In this document: positions 8,116-16,968 of the stretch, piece after piece
How the letters are laid out: every line of letters starts with the position of its first letter
Position numbering within the stretch: position 1 is the first letter of the stretch
Sequence record: SRR20825010_3006
Length of the DNA: 39,975 nucleotides
Direction: 5' to 3' (one strand)
Program-made: the position numbers and the translations under genes
The notes under the pieces: generated by a model
What the model saw: only the letters and a program-made list of their open reading frames with translations
Told to the model about the DNA's origin: nothing
Databases searched by the model: none

Positions 8116-9200
8116 GCCTTTTTGTTTCCCTGTTCCCGGGCGAGCAGAGCGGCCTTGCGCTCAACCCCCCAGCGGTAGCCAGACAGACCGCCGTCGGCGC
8201 GGACAATACGGTGGCAGGGCACCAGAACCGCCAGCCTGTTACTGGCGCAAGCCCTGGCCACGGCGCGAGCAGCAGTGGGCCGCCCCAGCGTTTCTGCCAG
8301 CGCCTGATAGGAAAGGGTTTGTCCTGCCGGAATAGCCCGGAGCGCGGCCCACACCTGTTCTTGAAAAGCCGTGCCGCGTATATCCAGTGGCAGGGCATCC
8401 GGCAGCGGAGTTTGTGTGGCAAGGGGGGCGTCAATCAGCGTAATGACCATGGCAACACGTTGTTCAAATGCGCTATTGCCGGGTAACAGCTCTGCACCGC
8501 TGAATTCCTGCTCGAAATCGCCCAGCAGGGCATCCGGATCATCGCCCATGGCAACGGCACAGATACCGTTTTCGCTTTCTGCTACCAGTACGGCGCCCAG
8601 TGAGCTGTCAGCAATGGCGACGCGCAGCGCCAGGCCCTGGCCTGCCTGACGATACTGCCCCGGTTTCATGCCCAGGGTTTGCCCGGCGGAGCCATGGAGA
8701 TGGCTACTGGAATCAAAGCCGGCGTGATGTGCGGCGCGGGTCAGCGGCTGGTCGTCGCGTAACTGTTGGCGGACTCGACGGCGACGGACGGCAACACCGT
8801 ATTGATGCGGGGAAATTCCGGTAATGGCCTTGAACTGGCGCTGAAGGTGGGAGGGACTCCAGCCAGATTGCTCGGATAATTCCGCCAGTGTGGGTTTGTG
8901 TTCCGCCGTGTCGATGGTGCGGCACAAGGCAATCACTGTGGCCGCGATGGGCGATGGGGAATCCCCCAGAGGGTGGCAGCGGCGACAGGGACGATAACCG
9001 TTCCGCAGAGCTGCCCCGGCATTATCGAACAGACGAATATTCTCGTTGCGTGGACGGCGCGAAGGGCAGGTGGGCAGGCAGAAAATACCGGTTGTGACGA
9101 CCCCATACACAAAGGTATCACCGGGGATGCATCGATGTTCATCGATGGCTTGCTGCCGTTGCTGGTCTGCATTCATCGTTGTGCGTTGGCCTGTTCGCAT
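8112..9200 (-). CDS. ada: Bifunctional Ada transcriptional activator / O6-methylguanine-DNA methyltransferase
   Basis: Zn domain TTGIFCLPTCPSR and YRPCRRCHP, AraC HTH, active site PCHRIV; alternative start at 9176. Confidence 0.93.
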   Translation of the reverse strand: MRTGQRTTMNADQQRQQAIDEHRCIPGDTFVYGVVTTGIFCLPTCPSRRPRNENIRLFDNAGAALRNGYRPCRRCHPLGDSPSPIAATVIALCRTIDTAEHKPTLAELSEQSGWSPSHLQRQFKAITGISPHQYGVAVRRRRVRQQLRDDQPLTRAAHHAGFDSSSHLHGSAGQTLGMKPGQYRQAGQGLALRVAIADSSLGAVLVAESENGICAVAMGDDPDALLGDFEQEFSGAELLPGNSAFEQRVAMVITLIDAPLATQTPLPDALPLDIRGTAFQEQVWAALRAIPAGQTLSYQALAETLGRPTAARAVARACASNRLAVLVPCHRIVRADGGLSGYRWGVERKAALLAREQGNKKA

Positions 9201-9214
9201 GGGTCCTGCCCCGT

Positions 9215-9245
9215 AGTATGAAGGGAAGTATGAAGGGAAATGAAG
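9215..9245. repeat. 12-bp tandem duplication in the ada leader
   Basis: AGTATGAAGGGA twice (9215-9238), followed by a partial copy AATGAAG. Confidence 0.8.
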
Positions 9246-9291
9246 CTAACGGGGAGCATGGCGAAAAGGGCGCGGGCGCACATTCGAAATG

Positions 9292-9304
9292 TTGCGGTTG
9301 TATT
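9292..9304 (-). promoter_or_regulatory. Ada box (AAT-N6-GCAA)
   Basis: Minus strand reads AAT-ACAACC-GCAA, matching the E. coli meAda A-box/B-box spacing; lies about -56 to -44 relative to a candidate -10 CATGCT (9260-9255). Confidence 0.7.
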
Positions 9305-9360
9305 GGAAAAAGCTGAATGGGCAAAAAGGGGAACTAAAAATAACGAAGAGGGCGAAAACA

Positions 9361-9387
9361 ATGGCGGCGAGCCAGGCTCGCCGCCAT
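9361..9387 (-). terminator. Terminator of the OmpA-family lipoprotein gene
   Basis: Perfect inverted repeat ATGGCGGCGAGCC-A-GGCTCGCCGCCAT, followed on the minus strand by TGTTTT. Confidence 0.75.
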
Positions 9388-9406
9388 GCGGGAATCGCTG
9401 CTGTGC

Positions 9407-10072
9407 TTACTTGGTGTAAGGCAGCAGTGTCAGTTCCACGCGACGGTTCTGTTCCCGGCCGCTGGCCGTATTGTTGCTGGCAATGGGCTGGGTTTCACCA
9501 AAGCCCACGGTGTCCAGACGAACCTGTTCAACGCCATAGCCAGAAAGTTTGTTGGATACCGCCTGGGCCCGTTGCTGGGACAGCAGCAGGTTGTAGCGAT
9601 CGCCGCCAGTGCTGTCTGTGTGACCAGCCACCTGAATCATGGTGGATTTGTATTCATTAAGCACTTCGGACACCGCATCCAGCACCGGATCGAAAGAAGA
9701 CTTCACGCTGGTGCTGTCAGTGGCAAAGGTCAGGTTACCCGGCATGTTGAGGATGATGTTTTCGCCATCACGGGTAACGGAAACACCGGCGCCTTCGAGC
9801 TTCTGGCGCAGCTTGGCTTCCTGAACGTCCATGTAATAGCCCACACCGCCGCCGGTAACCGCGCCAATGCCAGCCCCGGCCAGAGCGCGCTCTTTACGTT
9901 CTTTGGCGCTGTCGGAGGTGGCGATACCGATCAGCGCACCGGCTACCGCACCAATTGCCGCACCGGATGTGGCTTTGGAGGTCTGTTTTTCACCCGTATA
10001 GGGATTAACCGTGCTGCAGCCCGTAACGGCAATCGCACTCGCCAGCGCAAGTGACCCGGCAAATCGTTTCAT
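9407..10072 (-). CDS. yiaD: OmpA-family outer-membrane lipoprotein (YiaD-like)
   Basis: Lipobox VTGC, NPYTGE, glycine zipper, GYYMDVQEAKLRQ, OmpA C-domain GHTDS...LSQQRA...NRRVE. Confidence 0.88.
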   Translation of the reverse strand: MKRFAGSLALASAIAVTGCSTVNPYTGEKQTSKATSGAAIGAVAGALIGIATSDSAKERKERALAGAGIGAVTGGGVGYYMDVQEAKLRQKLEGAGVSVTRDGENIILNMPGNLTFATDSTSVKSSFDPVLDAVSEVLNEYKSTMIQVAGHTDSTGGDRYNLLLSQQRAQAVSNKLSGYGVEQVRLDTVGFGETQPIASNNTASGREQNRRVELTLLPYTK

Positions 10073-10144
10073 GAAAGCTCCTTGGGATTCGATAACATAT
10101 TGGTTTTTTTACTGGTTTAGGCCTGAATGAACCATAGCGGTAGT

Positions 10145-10159
10145 GTAAAAGCTGGTAAA
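10145..10159 (+). promoter_or_regulatory. CpxR-like box GTAAA-N5-GTAAA
   Basis: GTAAA-AGCTG-GTAAA is an exact match to the CpxR consensus, in the divergent yiaD/acyltransferase gap. Confidence 0.5.
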
Positions 10160-10211
10160 GTGCCGGCGTCACGACTGCACCCAATTTGATCAAATCATTA
10201 CAGGAAATCGC

Positions 10212-11030
10212 TTGGTTATTCAGGATTTTTCCCCGCCATCGCTGGCGACAATGGACCGGCTGCTGGCTGTGTCCCGGCATTATTTTGCTCCCCTGTTATT
10301 GGGTGCCGACAATGTAGACCCACAGCGCCCGGCGCTGTTTGTGGGCAATCATGGTCTGTACGGCCTGATTGATTCCCCGCTTTTCGTGCTCGAGCTGTAC
10401 CGGCAAACCGGCGTTTTCCCCAGGGCCCTTGGAGACCGGGTGCATTTCCGCGTGCCGGGCTGGGGGCCCTTGCTGAAACGCTGGGGGGCAGTGGAAGGCA
10501 ATCCTGACAATTGCACGCAACTGATGCAGGCCGGACAGCCGGTGCTGGTGTTTCCCGGCGGCGCCCGGGAAGTGGCCATGCGCAAGGATGAAGTGCACAA
10601 GCTGGTGTGGAAGCAACGTACGGGATTTGCACGCATGGCCATTGAGCACGGCTACGACATTATTCCGTTTGCCTCGGCCGGTTGTGACGAAGCTTACCGC
10701 GTACTGGTTGACGGTAACGATTTCCAGCAATCCTGGCTGGGCCGCACTTTGCTGAAGCGCCCACGGCTCGACAAGCTATTACGTGGCGGGGACATGTTCA
10801 TGCCGTTGAGCCGGGGCGTGGGGCCGACCCTGATTCCCAAGCCGGAGCCGCTCTGGTTCCAGATCGGGGAGCCTATTTCTACCGCTCCCTGGGCCGGCAG
10901 TGAAGGGGATGGCGACGCCTGCTGGGCGGTGCGTGAAACCGTCGCAGCCTCGATCTACAGCATGCTGGGGTCTCTGAATCAGGAGCGCGCGGTGGCTCGC
11001 AAGCAAGGCTGGCGACGCTGGTTGCTGTGA
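10212..11030 (+). CDS. Lysophospholipid/glycerolipid acyltransferase (DGAT2/MGAT-like LPLAT)
   Basis: ALFVGNHGLYGLID (NH...D), VFPGGAREV, RTGFARMA; start TTG 10212 or ATG 10251. Confidence 0.82.
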   Translation: MVIQDFSPPSLATMDRLLAVSRHYFAPLLLGADNVDPQRPALFVGNHGLYGLIDSPLFVLELYRQTGVFPRALGDRVHFRVPGWGPLLKRWGAVEGNPDNCTQLMQAGQPVLVFPGGAREVAMRKDEVHKLVWKQRTGFARMAIEHGYDIIPFASAGCDEAYRVLVDGNDFQQSWLGRTLLKRPRLDKLLRGGDMFMPLSRGVGPTLIPKPEPLWFQIGEPISTAPWAGSEGDGDACWAVRETVAASIYSMLGSLNQERAVARKQGWRRWLL

Positions 11031-11100
11031 TCGGTTCGCAACTCCGACCCTGGCCTGTTGCTCCCCCAAACCTCCTTTGTCACAAATAGTCCATGCAATG

Positions 11101-11135
11101 TCCTGCCACGCCAGTGAAAGCCCGGCGTGTCAGGA
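11101..11135. promoter_or_regulatory. Inverted repeat upstream of the FAD-oxidoreductase operon
   Basis: TCCTGCCACGCC-N11-GGCGTGTCAGGA (11 of 12 bases pair), about 30 nt before the ATG. Confidence 0.45.
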
Positions 11136-11165
11136 TTACTATGGGGAAAAATAAGGAGTGCATGC

Positions 11166-12758
11166 ATGCGACGCTGGAATGGCTGGGGTGACAGTAACAA
11201 TCACTATCCGTTAAAACCGTCAGGACTGACCTTCATTCAGTCCCGCTTAGGCCGGGCGGAGCCGCTGCCGGACGCGGAAATGGCCGCAGTGATCGCCCAG
11301 GTGCCGGCGTCCCGGCTGCCGGACCATCCGGGCGTGAAGACAGACCCGGAAACCCGACTGCGCCATGCGCGCGGCCAGAGCCTGCCAGACTGGCTGGCCA
11401 TGCGCTCCGGCGAGTTCGAGCGATTTCCGGATGGGGTTGCCACGCCCTCCAGTAGCGAGGAAGTTCGCGAACTGCTCGATTGGGCTCTGGCCCAGGGCAT
11501 TACCGTGATTCCCTATGGCGGTGGCACGTCCGTGGCAGGGCATATCAATCCCCCCGATGGCGATGCACCGGTTCTGACCTTGAGCCTGGCGGCCATGGAC
11601 CAGCTGATGGATTTGGATACGCAAAGCCAGATCGCCACCTTTGGTGCAGGCACACCGGGCCCCAAGGTTGAGCAGCAGCTTCGTGAGCGGGGCTACATGC
11701 TGGGGCACTTTCCCCAATCCTGGGAGCTGTCCACCATTGGCGGCTGGGTGGCCAGTCGTTCCAGCGGCCAGCAATCCATGCGTTATGGGCGTATCGAACA
11801 GATGTTTGCCGGTGGTCGAGTGGAAACGCCCAAAGGTACATTGACGATTCCTACCATTCCGGCTTCATCAGCAGGGCCTGACCTGCGGGAAATTATCCTC
11901 GGCTCGGAAGGGCGCATGGGGGTGATCACCGAAGTCAAAGTGCGGGTCACGCCCTTACCGGAAACGGAAACATTTCAGGTGGCCTTTGCCCCCGACTGGG
12001 ATACCGGCAAAGAGCTGGTACGGCAGATGACCCAGGCGAAGATACCGCTTTCCATGCTGCGCCTGTCCAATGCAGAAGAAACCCGCACGCATCTGATGCT
12101 GGCCGGCCACGAAAAGCTGGTCGGTATTTTGCATCGTTACCTGGGGGTGCGTGGCTGTGGTGACGGCAAATGCATGATCACGTTCGGTGTAACCGGCGAA
12201 AAGGCCCAGGCGCGTCACGTGCTTTCTCAGGCTCGCAAGCGCATCCGTCAGGCTGGCGGCGTTATGGTGGGCACCCTGCTGGGGAAAAAATGGGAAGAGT
12301 CCCGTTTTCGCTCGCCGTATCTGCGCCACGGATTGTGGGAGCACGGTTATGTGGTCGATACCTTTGAAACCGCCGTGGACTGGAACCGGGTGACTCCGGC
12401 CATGGTTGCCATGGAACAGGCGGTCCGCGATAACGCGGGTGACGGCGAGCAAGTGCATGTCTTTACGCACCTGTCACATTTGTACTCGCAAGGTTCCAGT
12501 ATCTATACCACTTACGTGTTTCGCTGCGCGGACAGTTACCAAGCCACGCTGGCTCGCTGGCGGGTGCTGAAGCAGGCAGCCAGTGAGGCCATTGTGGCGA
12601 ACGGTGGCACCATCAGTCACCAGCATGGCGTAGGCCGTGACCACGCGCCCTGGTTGCACCATGAAAAAGGCGAGCACGGAATGGCGGTGTTGAACCGGCT
12701 GGTCGATCACTTCGATCCCCAGCATCGCCTGAATCCCGGTTGCTTGATCGACGACTGA
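11166..12758 (+). CDS. FAD-binding oxidoreductase, alkyl-dihydroxyacetonephosphate synthase (ADPS)-like
   Basis: Start MRRWNGWG after RBS AAGGAG; VAO-fold motifs PYGGGTSV, GHFPQSWELSTIGGWVA, GSEGRMGVIT; C-terminal SHQHGVG and LNPG. Confidence 0.85.
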   Translation: MRRWNGWGDSNNHYPLKPSGLTFIQSRLGRAEPLPDAEMAAVIAQVPASRLPDHPGVKTDPETRLRHARGQSLPDWLAMRSGEFERFPDGVATPSSSEEVRELLDWALAQGITVIPYGGGTSVAGHINPPDGDAPVLTLSLAAMDQLMDLDTQSQIATFGAGTPGPKVEQQLRERGYMLGHFPQSWELSTIGGWVASRSSGQQSMRYGRIEQMFAGGRVETPKGTLTIPTIPASSAGPDLREIILGSEGRMGVITEVKVRVTPLPETETFQVAFAPDWDTGKELVRQMTQAKIPLSMLRLSNAEETRTHLMLAGHEKLVGILHRYLGVRGCGDGKCMITFGVTGEKAQARHVLSQARKRIRQAGGVMVGTLLGKKWEESRFRSPYLRHGLWEHGYVVDTFETAVDWNRVTPAMVAMEQAVRDNAGDGEQVHVFTHLSHLYSQGSSIYTTYVFRCADSYQATLARWRVLKQAASEAIVANGGTISHQHGVGRDHAPWLHHEKGEHGMAVLNRLVDHFDPQHRLNPGCLIDD

Positions 12759-12797
12759 TACGGGCACGATTCGCTTACCACCAACAGGAAAATTTCT

Positions 12798-14360
12798 ATG
12801 CTCGGCCAACGCCGCACGCTGACAGAACTGGCCGCACCCTCCACACAGGGAAAGCCGCAATGGGACCTGATCGTCATCGGTGGCGGAATCACGGGTGCCG
12901 GTGTGATGCTGGAAGCGGCTCGTCGCGGACAACGGGTGCTGCTATTGGAGCAAACCGATTTCGCCTGGGGGACCTCGAGTCGTTCCTCCAAAATGGTGCA
13001 CGGCGGCTTGCGCTACATTGCCCAGGGCGATATTGCCCTGACACGCCATTCACTGCTGGAGCGTGAACGGTTGCTCAATGAGTTGCCGGGGCTGGTTGAG
13101 CGCGCGACCTACCTTTTCCCGTTGCGCAAGGGCGTATTCCCCGGGCGCTGGCCCATGAAGGCGGTGTTGTGGCTGTATGATTTCCTGGCCGGTATTCGCG
13201 ATCATCGTTACCTCAACCGGACGCAATTGCTAGAGCGGGTGCCCGGGCTGCAGGATCAGGATCTCACCGGGGCCATGTGCTATACCGACGCGCTCACCGA
13301 CGATTGCCGCCTGGTCATGCGTACGCTGTTGGAGGGCGCGCGTCATGGCGGTGTAGCACAGAATTACGCCCGTGTCGTTCAGGCTGAGCGGAGTGAAAAG
13401 GGGGAGCAGGGCTTCTCTGTTACCGTGGAAGACCGGGTCAGTGGCGAACTGTCCACGCTCAAGGCGACTGCGGTGGTGAGTGCCACCGGCGCCTGGGCGG
13501 ACCGTTTTTCCGGTACCGAGGCCAGGGTGCGACCATTGCGTGGCAGCCACCTGTTTATCGACCCGGCGGTATTACCGGTCAACGATTGCCTTACGGTGAT
13601 GCATCCTGACGATGGCCGGCCGGTGTTTGTCTTTCCCTGGGAGGGGGTGACCTGTGTGGGCACCACGGACCTGGATCACCCCCAGGACATGGATATTGAG
13701 GCCTCAGCCAGTGACCGGGAGGTGGTCTATCTGCTCAAGCTCATCAATACCCAGTTCCCCGGCCGAAACGTAACCCGCGAACACATCTATTCGACCATCG
13801 CCGGCGTGCGCCCGGTTATCGCCTCAGGCAAGGGCGTGGATCCGTCCAAGGAGCGTCGGGATCATGCGGTTTGGGGTGAAAATGGCATTGTCACCGTCAG
13901 CGGCGGCAAGCTCACCACCTTTCGGTTGATTGCACTGGATGCGCTGTTGGCCACCGGTTTGATTGACGATAAAGAGCACCGTCGCAGCCAGAAAAGCAAA
14001 GCACGTGGTTTTGAGCCCATCGAGAATGCCCCCCAGGCGGTGGAGGCGTTTCTGCATGCGGATCAGACGAATTCAGCCTTTATTGCGTGGATTCTGGCCC
14101 ATGAATCGGTGGTGCATCTGGATGACCTGATGTTGCGTCGCACTCGCCTTGGGTTGGTCAAACCCGCTGCAGGGATCGCGGTACTGACCACCTTGCGTGT
14201 GCAAATCCAACAGGCCCTGGGCTGGGATGACACCCGTTGGGATAAGGAGCTGATCCGCTACCGGGAAATTCACCAGCGCTACTATGGCGTGCCCACGCCT
14301 GTTGGCGATGTTGCTGAGCCGAACGTCTCGGCCGAGCACCGGGAGAGGCAGGCAGGATGA
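12798..14360 (+). CDS. glpD: FAD-dependent glycerol-3-phosphate dehydrogenase/oxidase-like protein
   Basis: DLIVIGGGITGAG, GTSSRSSKMVHGGLRY, VGTTD, AGVRP, GGKLTTFR, DLMLRRTRL. Confidence 0.85.
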   Translation: MLGQRRTLTELAAPSTQGKPQWDLIVIGGGITGAGVMLEAARRGQRVLLLEQTDFAWGTSSRSSKMVHGGLRYIAQGDIALTRHSLLERERLLNELPGLVERATYLFPLRKGVFPGRWPMKAVLWLYDFLAGIRDHRYLNRTQLLERVPGLQDQDLTGAMCYTDALTDDCRLVMRTLLEGARHGGVAQNYARVVQAERSEKGEQGFSVTVEDRVSGELSTLKATAVVSATGAWADRFSGTEARVRPLRGSHLFIDPAVLPVNDCLTVMHPDDGRPVFVFPWEGVTCVGTTDLDHPQDMDIEASASDREVVYLLKLINTQFPGRNVTREHIYSTIAGVRPVIASGKGVDPSKERRDHAVWGENGIVTVSGGKLTTFRLIALDALLATGLIDDKEHRRSQKSKARGFEPIENAPQAVEAFLHADQTNSAFIAWILAHESVVHLDDLMLRRTRLGLVKPAAGIAVLTTLRVQIQQALGWDDTRWDKELIRYREIHQRYYGVPTPVGDVAEPNVSAEHRERQAG

Positions 14361-15922
14361 TGGATGAGCCGCTGGTACTGGCGCTGGATCAGGGCACGCA
14401 AAGCGTGCGTGCCATGCTATTCAATCGCGACGGCGAGCTGATCGCCCGTTACCAGCAACATATCGAGCCTTATTTCTCCCACGAGCCGGGCCAGGCAGAA
14501 CAACATGCCAGCTATTTCTGGGAACAACTTGGACTCGCTTGCCAGGGGCTATGGGAGCAGCACGGCGCACTCAAACATCAGGTTAAAGCGGTGGCACTGA
14601 CCACGCAGCGCGCTTCGGTGGTGTGTCTTGATGAACACAAGCAACCGATACGCCCGGCGATTATCTGGCTGGACCAGCGTCGCACGGATTCCATCCCCCG
14701 GCTGCCCTGGTGGCTGGCTGCCCCGGTGACGGTGATGGGGCAGGGGGAAACCCTGCGGCAGTTCCAGGCCAAGGCCGAGTGCAACTGGCTGGCAGTGGAT
14801 GAGCCTGCGCTGTGGCAGAAAACCCGATACTTTTTGCTGCTGTCGGGCTACCTGACCTATCAGCTTACCGGGCAGCTGCGCGACTGTACCGCGTCGCAGG
14901 TGGGCTACATTCCGTTCGATTACAAAGGGCGCTGCTGGGCGCCGGCCCATGATCTTAAATGGCAGGCCTTGCGGGTTCGGCGTGAACAGTTGCCGGAGCT
15001 AGTGGTGCCTGGCAAACCACTGGGTACGATCACCGGGCAGGCCAGCCTCGCCACAGGCATCCCCGAAGGGTTGCCCCTGATTGCGTGCGGCGCGGACAAG
15101 GCCTGTGAAGTGCTGGGAGCAGGCGCGTTCACCCCGGAAATCGGCAACCTGAGTTACGGTACCACCGCCACGTTCAACACCTGTAACGCGCGTTACGTGG
15201 AGCCGATCACCTTTGTCCCGGCCTACGGTGCCGCCGTGCCCGATCGCTATAATTCCGAAATCATCGTTCAGCGCGGTTACTGGATGGTCAACTGGTTCAA
15301 ACGCGAATTCGGGCAACAGGAAGTGCAGCAGGCAGAGACACTTGGCGTGGCACCGGAAACGCTCTTTGAAGCCTTGCTGGAAGAGTCTTCGCCGGGCGCC
15401 ATGGGGTTAATGCTGCAGCCATTCTGGAACCCCGGTGTGCGCATTCCCGGTCCAGAGGCCAAGGGGGCCATTATCGGGTTTGGCGATGTACACACCCGCG
15501 CTCACATGTACCGGGCGATTATCGAAGGCATTGCCTATGCCCTTCGCGAGGGAAAAGAGCGGCTGGAAAAACGTAACCGCATCCCGGTCACCTCCCTGCG
15601 CGTGTCCGGCGGTGGCTCGCAAAGTGATGCGATCATGCAGATCACCGCGAACATCTTCAATTTGCCTGCAGTGAGGCCCCACACCACGGAAACTTCCGGC
15701 CTGGGGGCTGCGATCAATGCGGCCGTCGCTTTGGGTCTGCACCCGGACTATCCCTCTGCGGTGGCCGCAATGACACGCCCGGGTGACACTTTCCTGCCAG
15801 AGGCGGCTCCGGCACGTCACTACGACGCCCTGTACCGGGACGTCTACCGCAAGTTGTATCCCCGCCTGGCACCTCTATACCGCTCCATTCGCCGTATTAC
15901 CGGCTATCCGGCTCGGGTTTAA
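14357..15922 (+). CDS. FGGY-family carbohydrate/glycerol kinase
   Basis: LALDQGTQSVR, PAIIWLDQR, GADKAC, SYGTT, RAIIEGIA, SGGGSQS; ATGA overlap with the glpD-like gene. Confidence 0.88.
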   Translation: MMDEPLVLALDQGTQSVRAMLFNRDGELIARYQQHIEPYFSHEPGQAEQHASYFWEQLGLACQGLWEQHGALKHQVKAVALTTQRASVVCLDEHKQPIRPAIIWLDQRRTDSIPRLPWWLAAPVTVMGQGETLRQFQAKAECNWLAVDEPALWQKTRYFLLLSGYLTYQLTGQLRDCTASQVGYIPFDYKGRCWAPAHDLKWQALRVRREQLPELVVPGKPLGTITGQASLATGIPEGLPLIACGADKACEVLGAGAFTPEIGNLSYGTTATFNTCNARYVEPITFVPAYGAAVPDRYNSEIIVQRGYWMVNWFKREFGQQEVQQAETLGVAPETLFEALLEESSPGAMGLMLQPFWNPGVRIPGPEAKGAIIGFGDVHTRAHMYRAIIEGIAYALREGKERLEKRNRIPVTSLRVSGGGSQSDAIMQITANIFNLPAVRPHTTETSGLGAAINAAVALGLHPDYPSAVAAMTRPGDTFLPEAAPARHYDALYRDVYRKLYPRLAPLYRSIRRITGYPARV

Positions 15923-15983
15923 TCACGCCCGAGCTGTCCTCTGTGGTAGGGTCTTCCCTCCATTGTCCTCACGGTTTGTGTCC

Positions 15984-16964
15984 ATGTTCCGCTGGTGCTC
16001 AACGCTGTCTCTGCTTGCCGCTGTGTTGGTGCTGCCTATGGCTGCGCACAGCGACGATAACAGCAACACTCTGAGCCAATTACGGGCCGATCTCTCGCAG
16101 GGCCAACTGGGTGTGCTGCTACAGCGGCAGGATATCGTGCCGCTGCCTGCATCGACCATCAAACCCTGGATACAGGCGCAGCCCATCGACCGTTTTGCGA
16201 TCACTGGCTTCAATGAAAGCGACAGTCGTTTTGCGGCACGGGTACGGCTGCATTTTCCCAGCGGGGGAATCAGCTTTCTCCGCCTGGAAGGCACCCCGGC
16301 CAAGCCCTACACCTTGACCGACTGGTACGACTATAGCTCCGGGCTGCGGCTAACGGCGTTGCTGAAAGAAGGGCGCTGGTTGCAGAGTGAGGGCGGCAAG
16401 GCGTTTCTGGAGGCACTCGGCGAGTCGCCAAACGAGGCTCGGGTGGCCGATTTGGCTGAAGGGCGATCCGCAGCCTTGACCTTGTGGCTGACCCAGTGCC
16501 TGGGCAAGCCCTGTGAGCGCATTGCGGCCGCCCATCAGCTTGAATCCGAACAGCCGATGATCTGGTTGTTGCGCCGGGCCATCGCCAGTGGCGACACCGA
16601 TCAATATCGGCAACAGCATGATGCGTTGCTGGGCGCACTGGGCGATGATGCTTACCTGTGGTGGCTGGAAGGGCAGTATGCGCTGGAATTCCAACAGTGT
16701 GCCTGGCTGGCCTCGCCATTGCGTGAGGCCTGGCAGCGCCATAAGGATGAGCTGTTGCTGGCCGATGTGGCGCTGCAATGCACACTGAATCACACGCCGG
16801 AACAGACCACTTTTGGCACCGCGCTGACCCGGCAGCTGTCTGTCTCGACTATCATGGATTCTGTAACGGCGTTTTTTGCCGCCCATAGCCGACCGGTGCC
16901 GCAAAGCTGGCAGCTGTGGGGGCAGACCTATCTATCACCCATCCTGCCCGCTGATCAGGAGTAA
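15984..16964 (+). CDS. Exported hypothetical protein
   Basis: Signal peptide MFRWCSTLSLLAAVLVLPMAAHS; fills the gap between the kinase and MerR genes; C-terminal part looks helical-repeat-like. Confidence 0.6.
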   Translation: MFRWCSTLSLLAAVLVLPMAAHSDDNSNTLSQLRADLSQGQLGVLLQRQDIVPLPASTIKPWIQAQPIDRFAITGFNESDSRFAARVRLHFPSGGISFLRLEGTPAKPYTLTDWYDYSSGLRLTALLKEGRWLQSEGGKAFLEALGESPNEARVADLAEGRSAALTLWLTQCLGKPCERIAAAHQLESEQPMIWLLRRAIASGDTDQYRQQHDALLGALGDDAYLWWLEGQYALEFQQCAWLASPLREAWQRHKDELLLADVALQCTLNHTPEQTTFGTALTRQLSVSTIMDSVTAFFAAHSRPVPQSWQLWGQTYLSPILPADQE

Positions 16965-16968
16965 CAGC

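Noticed and set aside
9386-10054. 222-aa plus-strand ORF
   Set aside because: Antisense shadow of the OmpA lipoprotein gene.
10186-10193. TTGATCAA as an FNR/Anr site
   Set aside because: Lacks the TTGAT-N4-ATCAA spacing.
11077-11094. Possible Pho box (also TTGTCAT at 3985)
   Set aside because: Only one half-site fits CTGTCAT; the second half is poor.
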